DNA of 64,000 bases from a bacterium (GTDB taxonomy: Bacteria > Patescibacteriota > Microgenomatia > JAMCZE01), in contig JAKBJL010000001.1 in assembly GCA_021836035.1 (NCBI GenBank), positions 223,765-287,764 of the forward strand, written 5' to 3'. Of this stretch, positions 17,310-25,441 are shown piece by piece; within the stretch, counting starts at the first letter, position 1; each line of letters begins with the position of its first letter. The position numbers and the translations under genes were made by a program. Below the pieces are notes generated by a model. That model was given only the letters and a program-made list of their open reading frames with translations, had not been told where the DNA came from and did not search any database.

Positions 17310-18479
17310 ATGGAAACAACATTTAAAACCGACATTACTGTCAAAGACATTTGCGAGGGTTTTGTCTATAACGAGTTAGAAGGTAAAGGATTGTTTGGTC
17401 TGGCTGGCAAACTTACTATTCAGCCGGAATATCAGCGCAACTATATCTATGCTTCTGACGGAGGCAAAAAAGAAATGGCCGTAATCGAATCGGTTCTTAA
17501 GAGATACCCAATAGGATTGATCTATTTCAATAAAGTAAGCGACAATAATTTAGAAGTTTTGGACGGACAACAACGCATCACAAGCCTCGGACGGTTCTTG
17601 ACTGACAAATTTGCCATTAAAGATGAAAACGGCATGGAGCAATATTTTAGTGGTATGGCAAAAGATAAACAGGATAAAATTTTAAAAACTCCTTTGCTTA
17701 TTTACGAATGCGAAGGAAAAGAAAGCGAGATAAAAGAATGGTTTAAAACAATAAATATTGCCGGTGTCCCACTTAGTGATCAAGAGTTGCTTAATGCAGT
17801 ATATTCAGGACCGTTCGTAACGCTTTGTAAGGAGGAATTTAGTAATAGTCAAAACGCTAACATCCAAAAATGGGGTGCTTACGTATCTGGTAGCGTAAAC
17901 CGGCAGGAGTTTTTGGAACGCGCTTTGGATTGGGTAAGCAAAGGCAACATTGGCGATTATATGAGCCGTCACCGCTACGACAAAAGTATCACCGAGCTAA
18001 AAACATATTTTAATAGTGTGATCGATTGGATTTCCAGCGTGTTTACCGATGTGGAGAGCGAAATGCGAGGACTGGAATGGGGGCGACTATATGAACAGTA
18101 CCATTCTAAAACTTATGATCCTGCCAAAGTGTCGGCAGAAGTGCAAAAGCTCTATGGCGATCCGTATATCAAAAGTCGTAAGGGTGTTTTTGAGTTTGTC
18201 TTAGGCGGTTCAGTCGACACGAAACTATTAGAAGTCCGAGTTTTTGATGAAGCAACAAAAAAAGCTGTTTACACAACACAGACTGCTGATGCTAAAACCA
18301 AAGGGAAGTCAAACTGTCCGCTTTGTGCTATTGGACATGACGCCAATAAGAGTAAGATTTGGAATTTTGACGAGATGGACGCAGATCACGTAGCAGCATG
18401 GAGTAAAGGTGGTGCAACTTCAGCTAAGAATTGTCAGATGCTTTGCAGGACACATAATCGAGCAAAAGGAAATCGATAA
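17310..18479 (+). CDS. DUF262 (GmrSD/ParB-like) + C-terminal HNH endonuclease
   Basis: [23 protein letters not shown] (DUF262); CPLC...DADH..AWSKGG.T...NCQMLC..HN (HNH). Confidence 0.9.
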   Translation: METTFKTDITVKDICEGFVYNELEGKGLFGLAGKLTIQPEYQRNYIYASDGGKKEMAVIESVLKRYPIGLIYFNKVSDNNLEVLDGQQRITSLGRFLTDKFAIKDENGMEQYFSGMAKDKQDKILKTPLLIYECEGKESEIKEWFKTINIAGVPLSDQELLNAVYSGPFVTLCKEEFSNSQNANIQKWGAYVSGSVNRQEFLERALDWVSKGNIGDYMSRHRYDKSITELKTYFNSVIDWISSVFTDVESEMRGLEWGRLYEQYHSKTYDPAKVSAEVQKLYGDPYIKSRKGVFEFVLGGSVDTKLLEVRVFDEATKKAVYTTQTADAKTKGKSNCPLCAIGHDANKSKIWNFDEMDADHVAAWSKGGATSAKNCQMLCRTHNRAKGNR

Positions 18480-18496
18480 TGTAGTATGTTTTTAAT

Positions 18497-18835
18497 ATGG
18501 ACGATCAACAAAAAATTATTGAGGAACTAAAAAGCGAAATCGTCTCTTTAAAGGTTCGGTTACGTCGGGTTGAAAGTTTTATTGAGTCAATGCCAAATCC
18601 AGATGAACATCTTCAAAGATTGGATGACAAAGGCGTAGATGTACTTCTTGAAGCAGCTCAAGAGATCGTTTCCCAGTATGATAGAGCCAGTGCCAGTTTA
18701 CTCCAAAGAAAGTTATCTATTGGTTACGCTAGAGCTGCAGCCCTTTTGGATTTACTGGAAGATAAGGGAATTGTTGGGCCAGCCAAAGGCTCCGAACCAA
18801 GAAATGTGCTGGTCAAAAACGAACCAAAATCTTAA
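18497..18835 (+). CDS. Coiled coil + stand-alone FtsK gamma (wHTH) domain protein
   Basis: ASASLLQRKLSIGYARAAALLDLLEDKGIVGPAKGSEPRNVL matches the FtsK-gamma consensus. Confidence 0.88.
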   Translation: MDDQQKIIEELKSEIVSLKVRLRRVESFIESMPNPDEHLQRLDDKGVDVLLEAAQEIVSQYDRASASLLQRKLSIGYARAAALLDLLEDKGIVGPAKGSEPRNVLVKNEPKS

Positions 18836-19469
18836 TTCTGAAGTTGATCTTATTCAAAAACCAGTTACCCATAAACCAGCTAAATCTTACTACTCCTAAA
18901 CCAATAAAAGCGCCGCCCATAAAGACCGCATTACGAAGTTCGTTAGGAAAGGGTACTATTTTTTGAATCTCCCGCATAACAATATCTATTGGCTCGTTGC
19001 TAGACCAGTTGGGATAATCCTTATAGACCTGAAAGAGCCAAATGCCAATTACTACTAAAACGCCAGACCAAAATAACTCTTGGAAAAACCTCGGCCAGGT
19101 GCGAAACCAACGAGCGACAAAAGAATTGTGAATTACACCAGCAATTTGTTTCTTTTTAATAACGATTTTCGGAGTAGCCCATTTAGCCGTGTCGAAATTT
19201 TTAGCCTCTTTCCAATAGTATCGCGTTCCTCGTCTGAAGCCAAATTGTCTTATTCTAACAGGCCATAATGCCAGCCAAGAAAAACAGAAAGCTAGGAGAA
19301 GACCAAGACCCCAATTTTGAGACAATACAGTAAAGAATAGAAAAATAGCCCCAGTGAAGATTAAGAGCCAGTCCCGTTTCCCGTTTTTTCTTTGGATTAA
19401 ATAGTCAAAACTCCGCAATAACTTCGGAGCATCTCCACTTCCATACCGCCAGTTAGCTTTAATCATCAT
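18813..19469 (-). CDS. Hypothetical membrane protein
   Basis: About 4 hydrophobic segments. Confidence 0.55.
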   Translation of the reverse strand: MMIKANWRYGSGDAPKLLRSFDYLIQRKNGKRDWLLIFTGAIFLFFTVLSQNWGLGLLLAFCFSWLALWPVRIRQFGFRRGTRYYWKEAKNFDTAKWATPKIVIKKKQIAGVIHNSFVARWFRTWPRFFQELFWSGVLVVIGIWLFQVYKDYPNWSSNEPIDIVMREIQKIVPFPNELRNAVFMGGAFIGLGVVRFSWFMGNWFLNKINFRIKILVRF

Positions 19470-19532
19470 CTTAAATATACATCTAAAAGTATGGAAATTC
19501 GTATATTTGGCTCATCCTGATAAAATAGCCTT

Positions 19533-20030
19533 ATGAAATTAAGCAGATTGGGGTATTTTTTAGATTTAAACAATGCCAATCAGCAGGGATTTGGACCCGC
19601 TTTTCGTTTAGTGGTAGACGATAAACAAATCGACTACTTTATAATCCCAGCAGCTTTAGAATACAGTCTGAAGAATAACGGAATCCTTCCAATTTTTAAC
19701 TGTAGCTGTGGTGTAGTAGGCTGTGGCGGAGCATATGTAAAGGTTGCCCATAAAAAGGACCGGGTTGTGTGGGAAAAGTTATATTCCGGAACAAGTTGCG
19801 GTGAGGAAATTGACGAGAAGGATGACGAGGTGTCGCACATGAATTTCCGGACTTACGCTTTAGTGGCAGAAGACAAATCCGAACTAAATCTACCCTTGGA
19901 GTTCAGTGCTAAAAATTACAAGGCGGTTATTATGAAGATATTGTCTTCTCCGGAATTTAAGCAGTATGAAGAACAAGGTTATATCCATGATAAGAATAGC
20001 TTTGCTAAAAAAGACTTCTTTATGCCTTAG
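19533..20030 (+). CDS. Hypothetical protein with CSCG..GC motif
   Basis: IFNCSCGVVGCGG...VVW, a putative metal-binding motif. Confidence 0.6.
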   Translation: MKLSRLGYFLDLNNANQQGFGPAFRLVVDDKQIDYFIIPAALEYSLKNNGILPIFNCSCGVVGCGGAYVKVAHKKDRVVWEKLYSGTSCGEEIDEKDDEVSHMNFRTYALVAEDKSELNLPLEFSAKNYKAVIMKILSSPEFKQYEEQGYIHDKNSFAKKDFFMP

Positions 20031-20047
20031 GGCGTTATAATAAAGCA

Positions 20048-20117
20048 ACCGTTGCGTTGCTGATTACTGGTTACGGCTGTCGTTGAACCAGTATTGTCGA
20101 AAGACTAGGCAACGCAA
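20048..20117 (+). ncRNA. Candidate structured RNA (three-way junction)
   Basis: TATAAT at 20036-20041; stems TTGCGTTGC/GCAACGCAA, TACTGGTT/AACCAGTA and GTC-GAAA-GAC. Confidence 0.45.
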
Positions 20118-20226
20118 AAAATTGTTTGTGACACAAACTCCGAAAAGGATCGCGATAAGACATGAGGCTATTTATATTTAGTTGTATGATTATAGATAGC
20201 AACGGTAGTCCATAAATTGTTGTTAT

Positions 20227-22002
20227 ATGAAAGCAACCGAAAAAGCTAAGGGCCCCGCAATAACTTGGGCGATTTCACTTTTTATCTTCATAGCAAATAT
20301 TGTTGTTGGGACAGAGTTCTTTAGAACTACAATTGACCGATCTGCCTATGGAAAATCACAACTGGCAATACTAGTCGCCCTAGTGTCTTTTATTGTCGGT
20401 TGTCTATCTTTTGCTTTAGGCTTTATTATTTACGTTGGGTTCAGATTGGAAAGAAAAAAAGGCGCGCATCTACGGACAAGACTTGTTAGACAATTTATAA
20501 AGTTAATTCTTGTATCTTTGTTTCTCCCCATAGATGTCATTGTTCAAGCTGTCAGATATAAACCTGCAAAATCACTCAGTCCGGGTACGAAATATCGAGT
20601 TAGAGGGCTACTAATTAAGCTACTTCCTGTTCTCTTCTCTCTGGTTTTATTGTTTCCAATTTGGTTATCAGCTTACTTAGCTACCGGCATAATAGGAGTG
20701 ACAATAACTGAAGAAAAACTGGGCTACAAAAGTTCTGATTACCCTATCGTAGGAACTGGCTCTATGTACCCCACTTTTCCCAAAAGCGATAAAAAGAGCC
20801 CAATCGAGCAATACAAAGATATTGTCGGCTCCTATGCGGCGCTTCCATATCCTAATGGAGTAGTTCTTTTCGGAAAGCGATATCTTGGTCATGAAATTCA
20901 GCGAGGCGACATTGTGACTTTTCGTAACGAAGCGACACTGGAACTAACTAAAAAGCTGTATGGTGAACCTGGTGGATTTTTGAAAAGAGTGATTGCGCTG
21001 CCAGGGGATACAATAGAAATTAAAGGTGGCGTTGTGATTTTAAATGGCCAACCATTAAAAGAACCGTACACATTCAAACCCCAATCTACCTTCGAAGAAA
21101 GTTTTCTGAAGGAGTGCAAACAAATTACCGTTCCGCCAGGAAAGTTTTTTGCTATGGGCGACAACAGAAAAGGTAGTGGTGACTCAAGAGAAATTGGTTT
21201 TGTCGATCTGAAAGATATTGACCATATGATTCCTATGGATAGTCAGAAAGGAATATTAGACAAGAGCTGGCGGGATACTTCCAAAGACTTAAATGAGGAA
21301 TCAAAAATCAAGTTAGATAAAACCCGCTATTTAGACTTACTTAATGAAAAACGGAAGGAAGCAAATCTTAGGCCTCTTAAGTACCAGCAGTTGCTAGAGC
21401 AATCCGCGACTAAGAGGGGAGAAATAATGCTGAAATATAATGATTTTTCCTGGGAAGCTACCCAAAGTGGAAAAACCATGCTATGGGCGATGAATAGTGT
21501 TAGATATTCAAATATTGTTTATGGCGAAGCCCCTGTCCTTGGCTACTACGAAGCCGATGAGCTTATTGAAAATCAATTCCAATTTCCAAAAAGCAAGGAA
21601 TTTCTCTTGAATAAAGATTACCAGGAAGTCGGAATATCTGAAGTTGCTGGAGAAATCAATGGTTGTCCAACTCAAGTTATCGTCGAACACTTTGCTGGTT
21701 ACGTACCCCCCAATTATAAACAGTCGGACATTGACAGTTGGAAAAAGGCTCAAAGTAATTTGCGCGACATTCAACCAAACTGGGAAAGATTAAAAACATA
21801 CGAATCTTTTTACAAAGACAATAAAGATGACGTTGATAGAATAACCTCATTAATCGGACAAAGACTTAATAATATAACGGTAATTATTTCTCGAATGGAA
21901 GCAAATCAATGGTTAACTGCTCAAGAAAGAGGATTGATTGATGCAGACAAGGCACTGTCAGACGAAATTAATCAACTAGCTGACAAACTGAATAAAAAAT
22001 AA
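20227..22002 (+). CDS. Signal peptidase I (S26) fused to a CAP/SCP-like domain, with multiple N-terminal TMs
   Basis: GSMYPT (Ser), RGDIVTF, LKRVIALPGD (Lys), GDNR..S.DSR; then LNEKRKEANLRPL...L..SA..R...M....FS and LLNKDYQEVGI (CAP). Confidence 0.85.
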   Translation: MKATEKAKGPAITWAISLFIFIANIVVGTEFFRTTIDRSAYGKSQLAILVALVSFIVGCLSFALGFIIYVGFRLERKKGAHLRTRLVRQFIKLILVSLFLPIDVIVQAVRYKPAKSLSPGTKYRVRGLLIKLLPVLFSLVLLFPIWLSAYLATGIIGVTITEEKLGYKSSDYPIVGTGSMYPTFPKSDKKSPIEQYKDIVGSYAALPYPNGVVLFGKRYLGHEIQRGDIVTFRNEATLELTKKLYGEPGGFLKRVIALPGDTIEIKGGVVILNGQPLKEPYTFKPQSTFEESFLKECKQITVPPGKFFAMGDNRKGSGDSREIGFVDLKDIDHMIPMDSQKGILDKSWRDTSKDLNEESKIKLDKTRYLDLLNEKRKEANLRPLKYQQLLEQSATKRGEIMLKYNDFSWEATQSGKTMLWAMNSVRYSNIVYGEAPVLGYYEADELIENQFQFPKSKEFLLNKDYQEVGISEVAGEINGCPTQVIVEHFAGYVPPNYKQSDIDSWKKAQSNLRDIQPNWERLKTYESFYKDNKDDVDRITSLIGQRLNNITVIISRMEANQWLTAQERGLIDADKALSDEINQLADKLNKK

Positions 22003-22009
22003 GTTAATT

Positions 22010-22840
22010 ATGAAAATATATTTTGACGAGTCCGAGGATCAAGCAAAAACTCTATTCTTAGTTGGTGCTATTTTTATTTATGGTGAGGAAAATATTAACT
22101 TACTTCGTGAAGCTATTAACAAACTTAAAAATGAAAATTCATTTACCGATGGGAAAGGACAACCGCGCGAAATAAAGTACAACAAAATACTCACGGATAA
22201 AGACATTTTAGTTGCGAAAAAAGCAATCGATTTATTTTTTGCGAACAAAAATACATACTTTCGTTGCTGTGTTGTACCGTGGCGGGAGCAAGATTTGTTC
22301 AAGTTTGGTAGGAAATATCAACCTCTCAAATTAAAGAAGGCAATTTTGTATACAAATACGACAAAAAAACTTATAAAGTTAGGTATAGATGGTTTCGTTA
22401 ATGCGGTACTTATTTACGATGATCTTGTCCGATGTAAGGGAGATAAATTTGAGGAAATAATTGAAACCAGCTTCGGTCGGACAGCCCTTTCCTCTGATGG
22501 AAACCGGTCACCGATAATCAAGAACATTGCCTCAGCAAAGTCTAATTTAGATATAAACAACAGTGTTCAGCTTACAGACCTAATACTGGGCTGTGTTTTA
22601 AATCAAAATCGACCTGCGAGTAAGCAAAAAAATAAGGTGCGTGACTATCTTATTAAAAAGCTCGGGGTTAATGATTTATCAAGATCAACGTGGATTAATA
22701 AATCTTGTCCTGCAGACGAAAGAGGAATCGGTCCAAAGTTTTACATCCACTATCTAAACATTGATGAGCTAACCGTAAATAAAAAATCTAGAAAAAAGAT
22801 AAGGATGAAGAGGAAAAACAATTTGAACCGCAGTCGGTAA
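22010..22840 (+). CDS. DUF3800 family protein
   Basis: N-terminal IYFDES, EIKY, C-terminal VQLTDLILG (QxxD). Confidence 0.8.
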   Translation: MKIYFDESEDQAKTLFLVGAIFIYGEENINLLREAINKLKNENSFTDGKGQPREIKYNKILTDKDILVAKKAIDLFFANKNTYFRCCVVPWREQDLFKFGRKYQPLKLKKAILYTNTTKKLIKLGIDGFVNAVLIYDDLVRCKGDKFEEIIETSFGRTALSSDGNRSPIIKNIASAKSNLDINNSVQLTDLILGCVLNQNRPASKQKNKVRDYLIKKLGVNDLSRSTWINKSCPADERGIGPKFYIHYLNIDELTVNKKSRKKIRMKRKNNLNRSR

Positions 22841-22894
22841 CTCTATTAGCGATAGCTGACCAAGTCAACATCATCGAGCTACTACTTACGGTTC
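22825..22894 (-). ncRNA. Candidate DUF3800-associated structured RNA, transcribed convergently to the gene
   Basis: Extended -10 TGCTATAAT (minus strand, 22904-22912); closing stems GAACCG/CGGUUC and GUAGCUC/GAGUUAC; two inner hairpins. Confidence 0.65.
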
Positions 22895-23008
22895 TATGCT
22901 TTTATTATAGCATTTGAAATTATAAAGAGATAGAAATTCGGTAAATAATGAGAAAGAAGAACCTCAGCTGGGTTAGAACCATCTAAATTTGAGCGTAAAA
23001 GTTCCGAA

Positions 23009-23030
23009 TCGAGTCTACCGCTCGGAGCCA
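23009..23030 (+). other. attR of the element, carrying the displaced tRNA CCA end
   Basis: TCGAGTCTACCGCTCGGAGCCA vs tRNA TCGAGTCCTACCGGGGGAGCAC. Confidence 0.8.
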
Positions 23031-23068
23031 GTTGGCACTTAATATACCCAAACTAAGTGTAAATAAAT

Positions 23069-23671
23069 ATGTCTATATTTAAGAAAAAAATTGATTTTGG
23101 TCAGTTTGTAGCGAATTTAATATCTTTTCAGTTGGATTTCATAGAAAATAATTTCGACAAGATGGCTGTTTTGGCAGATGAGTTTAAGGTACTGACAGAA
23201 AGTGACAAAAAAGATTTATATGAAAAACTACATACGCTTTCCGTTGCAGACATTTTGCTTGAATGTCACATAAACCTTAGTAATAAGGTATCACCGCAGG
23301 AGATAAATAACTTTATTGCCGTGATGTATAGGAGATGTCTTGTTGAATATAAACACATGCAAGAAAAGGAGGCCATTGATAAGGCAAAAAGAGTTCTTGA
23401 TTTAATAGACTGTATGGAAGAAGCGAGAAAAGATCCGGATCAGACAAGGGAAAGAGCGAGTAAAAAAGGTTACGAAATAAATGGAGTAAGTGAGCATGAC
23501 GAACAAAAATACTTACTTTGTAATGGTTTCAGTGACTATTTTGCGGGTAAAGATATAAAGTCTGAAAATTGGGAAGGTAAGCATTTTGCAGCCTTCAAAA
23601 TGGCTAAAGCATTAGTAAAAGCAGACATCGTCAGAAATATGCTTAAGGAAACCACCGTTGTTTGGAGTTAG
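23069..23671 (+). CDS. Hypothetical protein
   Basis: 200-aa AT-rich ORF. Confidence 0.6.
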   Translation: MSIFKKKIDFGQFVANLISFQLDFIENNFDKMAVLADEFKVLTESDKKDLYEKLHTLSVADILLECHINLSNKVSPQEINNFIAVMYRRCLVEYKHMQEKEAIDKAKRVLDLIDCMEEARKDPDQTRERASKKGYEINGVSEHDEQKYLLCNGFSDYFAGKDIKSENWEGKHFAAFKMAKALVKADIVRNMLKETTVVWS

Positions 23672-23680
23672 AAAAGAAGT

Positions 23681-24178
23681 ATGTCTATTCACCCGAATTT
23701 GGAGTCGATGCTTCAAGAATCACTACCCGAAATGCTTTTAGTTGCAAAATATTGCATTGAGTTTAATAAAGATACAAAGATATGGCCTGCCCCAGGTTGT
23801 TATGGTTATCCCGCAGCGGTTCTATTGCTATCTATTGCTGATAGTATCGGTTCGTATGTTGAGAAAGGTAAAGTAGAGAATCATTTTAAAGTATTTAATA
23901 ATGCTGATTATTATGGCTTGTATCTATCAGATGAAGAGCTTAGGGTATTAATTGATAATTATCGAAATTTATTATCACATAATACTGTCATGGCAACTAA
24001 TGCGGGTCTAAATATTGGATTGCCTTCAGATAATGTTTTAGAAAAGAAAGATGATAAGTATTGGTTAAACTTAGTCGCTCTTTATAATATTAGCGTTAAG
24101 GCTGTGAATTCGTTTCTTGATAATCCCAGTGTATTAAGCATCAATCTGACAATATTAAATATTTACAAGAAGCATTAA
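23681..24178 (+). CDS. Putative HEPN-domain protein
   Basis: Helical, with A..LLLS..DSIG and the Rx4H motif RNLLSH. Confidence 0.55.
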   Translation: MSIHPNLESMLQESLPEMLLVAKYCIEFNKDTKIWPAPGCYGYPAAVLLLSIADSIGSYVEKGKVENHFKVFNNADYYGLYLSDEELRVLIDNYRNLLSHNTVMATNAGLNIGLPSDNVLEKKDDKYWLNLVALYNISVKAVNSFLDNPSVLSINLTILNIYKKH

Positions 24179-24529
24179 ACAAACTCCTTTATTGTTATAT
24201 TGATTTGTTTCACTTTCTCTATTTCCTCTCTGATTTGAGCAACTAGCCTAAAGTCAGAGAAAGCCTTTATACTACAAGCTAATTGCGTAGCTGTATTAGA
24301 GTTACGATTCTCGAGCCGAATATTTTGAAGCTAATTTTCATTCTCCAGGCTTATATCCCTCACCCGGACGGCTATTTAATTTCATTCTACACACCGACCA
24401 AGTAAAAAGTTCTAAAATCATCCCAATAAGCGAGCAAAAAGTTTTTTATTATTACCCCATGTCTCTTCCTTTACTATAACAATAAGACTTCTCTCTTGTT
24501 ATGCTAAACTGATTTAAGGCAAGGAGTCT

Positions 24530-25441
24530 ATGGAAGAGGAAACCGGAACATCTGCTGATAAAGCAGCGGATGTTAAAAGTGGGGCAAAACAGGTAAGGAC
24601 GCCTTTTCTTAAGCGGCTTTGGTGGATTTTCCCAATAATATTTATGATTTTTAGCGGCGTTGGGATAGCCGCTTTTCTTGGGGCCCAACACGATAGTGGA
24701 AGAGACATAAAGACGTTTAGCAAAAAGGTTGGGGAATTTGGCTGGCCCGACCCAACGGCAAAATATATTACCGCTGTCCCTGTTGATCTTAGTCAAATCC
24801 AAAGTATTTCGAAATACCGTAGCTGTGCGGGCCATAACAGGGACGGCTATAATTTTGACCGTGTTCTGGAACTCGACCGCTCCATGAAGCATTATTTTTA
24901 TCCCATTCCCCGGTTTCAGGGAACTATGGATAAAGTTAAAATGTTCGCGCCCTTTGACGGCACAATAGTCCAAATCAGCTGGGAAAAGGACAAGGATATT
25001 CCGCAGAGACCGCACCACGGAAACGGTATTGATTTTGGAACGGATAAGGATCCCAATGTCAAATTCAATTTCGGACATTTATATTTCGCCAGGGATTTTA
25101 AAGTCGGTGACAAGGTTAAATCCGGCGAACTTATCGGTTATGCGGCCCTGGAAAGCAAAATAAACGATTTTGATATTGATCTGGGAGCCAGACAATATTA
25201 CGGCAGGGATAAAGACGTGAAGGAGGTTTTAGGAAGCGCTTTTGACCATATGACGGATAATGTTCTGGCTGAATTTGCAAAATACGGGATCACTCCCGAT
25301 AATACCAAGTTCACCAAAGAATACCGCGACGCCAATCCGTGCCATTTTGATGATCCTGATTTATATATAGACGCTAAATATAAAACAGAAAACGATCCGA
25401 CCGGACGGCTAGGACCGGATTGGGTTCAGCTGAAGCATTAA
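24530..25441 (+). CDS. Membrane-anchored M23/LytM-like fold protein
   Basis: APFDGTI, FGHL, VGDKVKSGELIGY; the metal ligand set is degenerate. Confidence 0.65.
   Translation: MEEETGTSADKAADVKSGAKQVRTPFLKRLWWIFPIIFMIFSGVGIAAFLGAQHDSGRDIKTFSKKVGEFGWPDPTAKYITAVPVDLSQIQSISKYRSCAGHNRDGYNFDRVLELDRSMKHYFYPIPRFQGTMDKVKMFAPFDGTIVQISWEKDKDIPQRPHHGNGIDFGTDKDPNVKFNFGHLYFARDFKVGDKVKSGELIGYAALESKINDFDIDLGARQYYGRDKDVKEVLGSAFDHMTDNVLAEFAKYGITPDNTKFTKEYRDANPCHFDDPDLYIDAKYKTENDPTGRLGPDWVQLKH

Larger units (their letters stand above)
9659..23028. mobile_element. 13.4-kb integrative element (large serine recombinase; satellite/IME-like) integrated at the tRNA-Asn 3' end
   Basis: Core GGAGC at 9654-9658 and 23024-23028, with TCGAGTC at the same distance upstream of both cores. 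Excision restores the tRNA CCA and an open recombinase C-terminus. The cargo is visibly AT-richer. Confidence 0.85.

Noticed and set aside
20060-20110. Hammerhead ribozyme or c-di-GMP-I riboswitch
   Set aside because: CUGAUUA deviates from CUGANGA and GAAA does not follow stem II. The GAAA...ACGCAAA resemblance to GEMM lacks the 5' GCAAA and the second hairpin.
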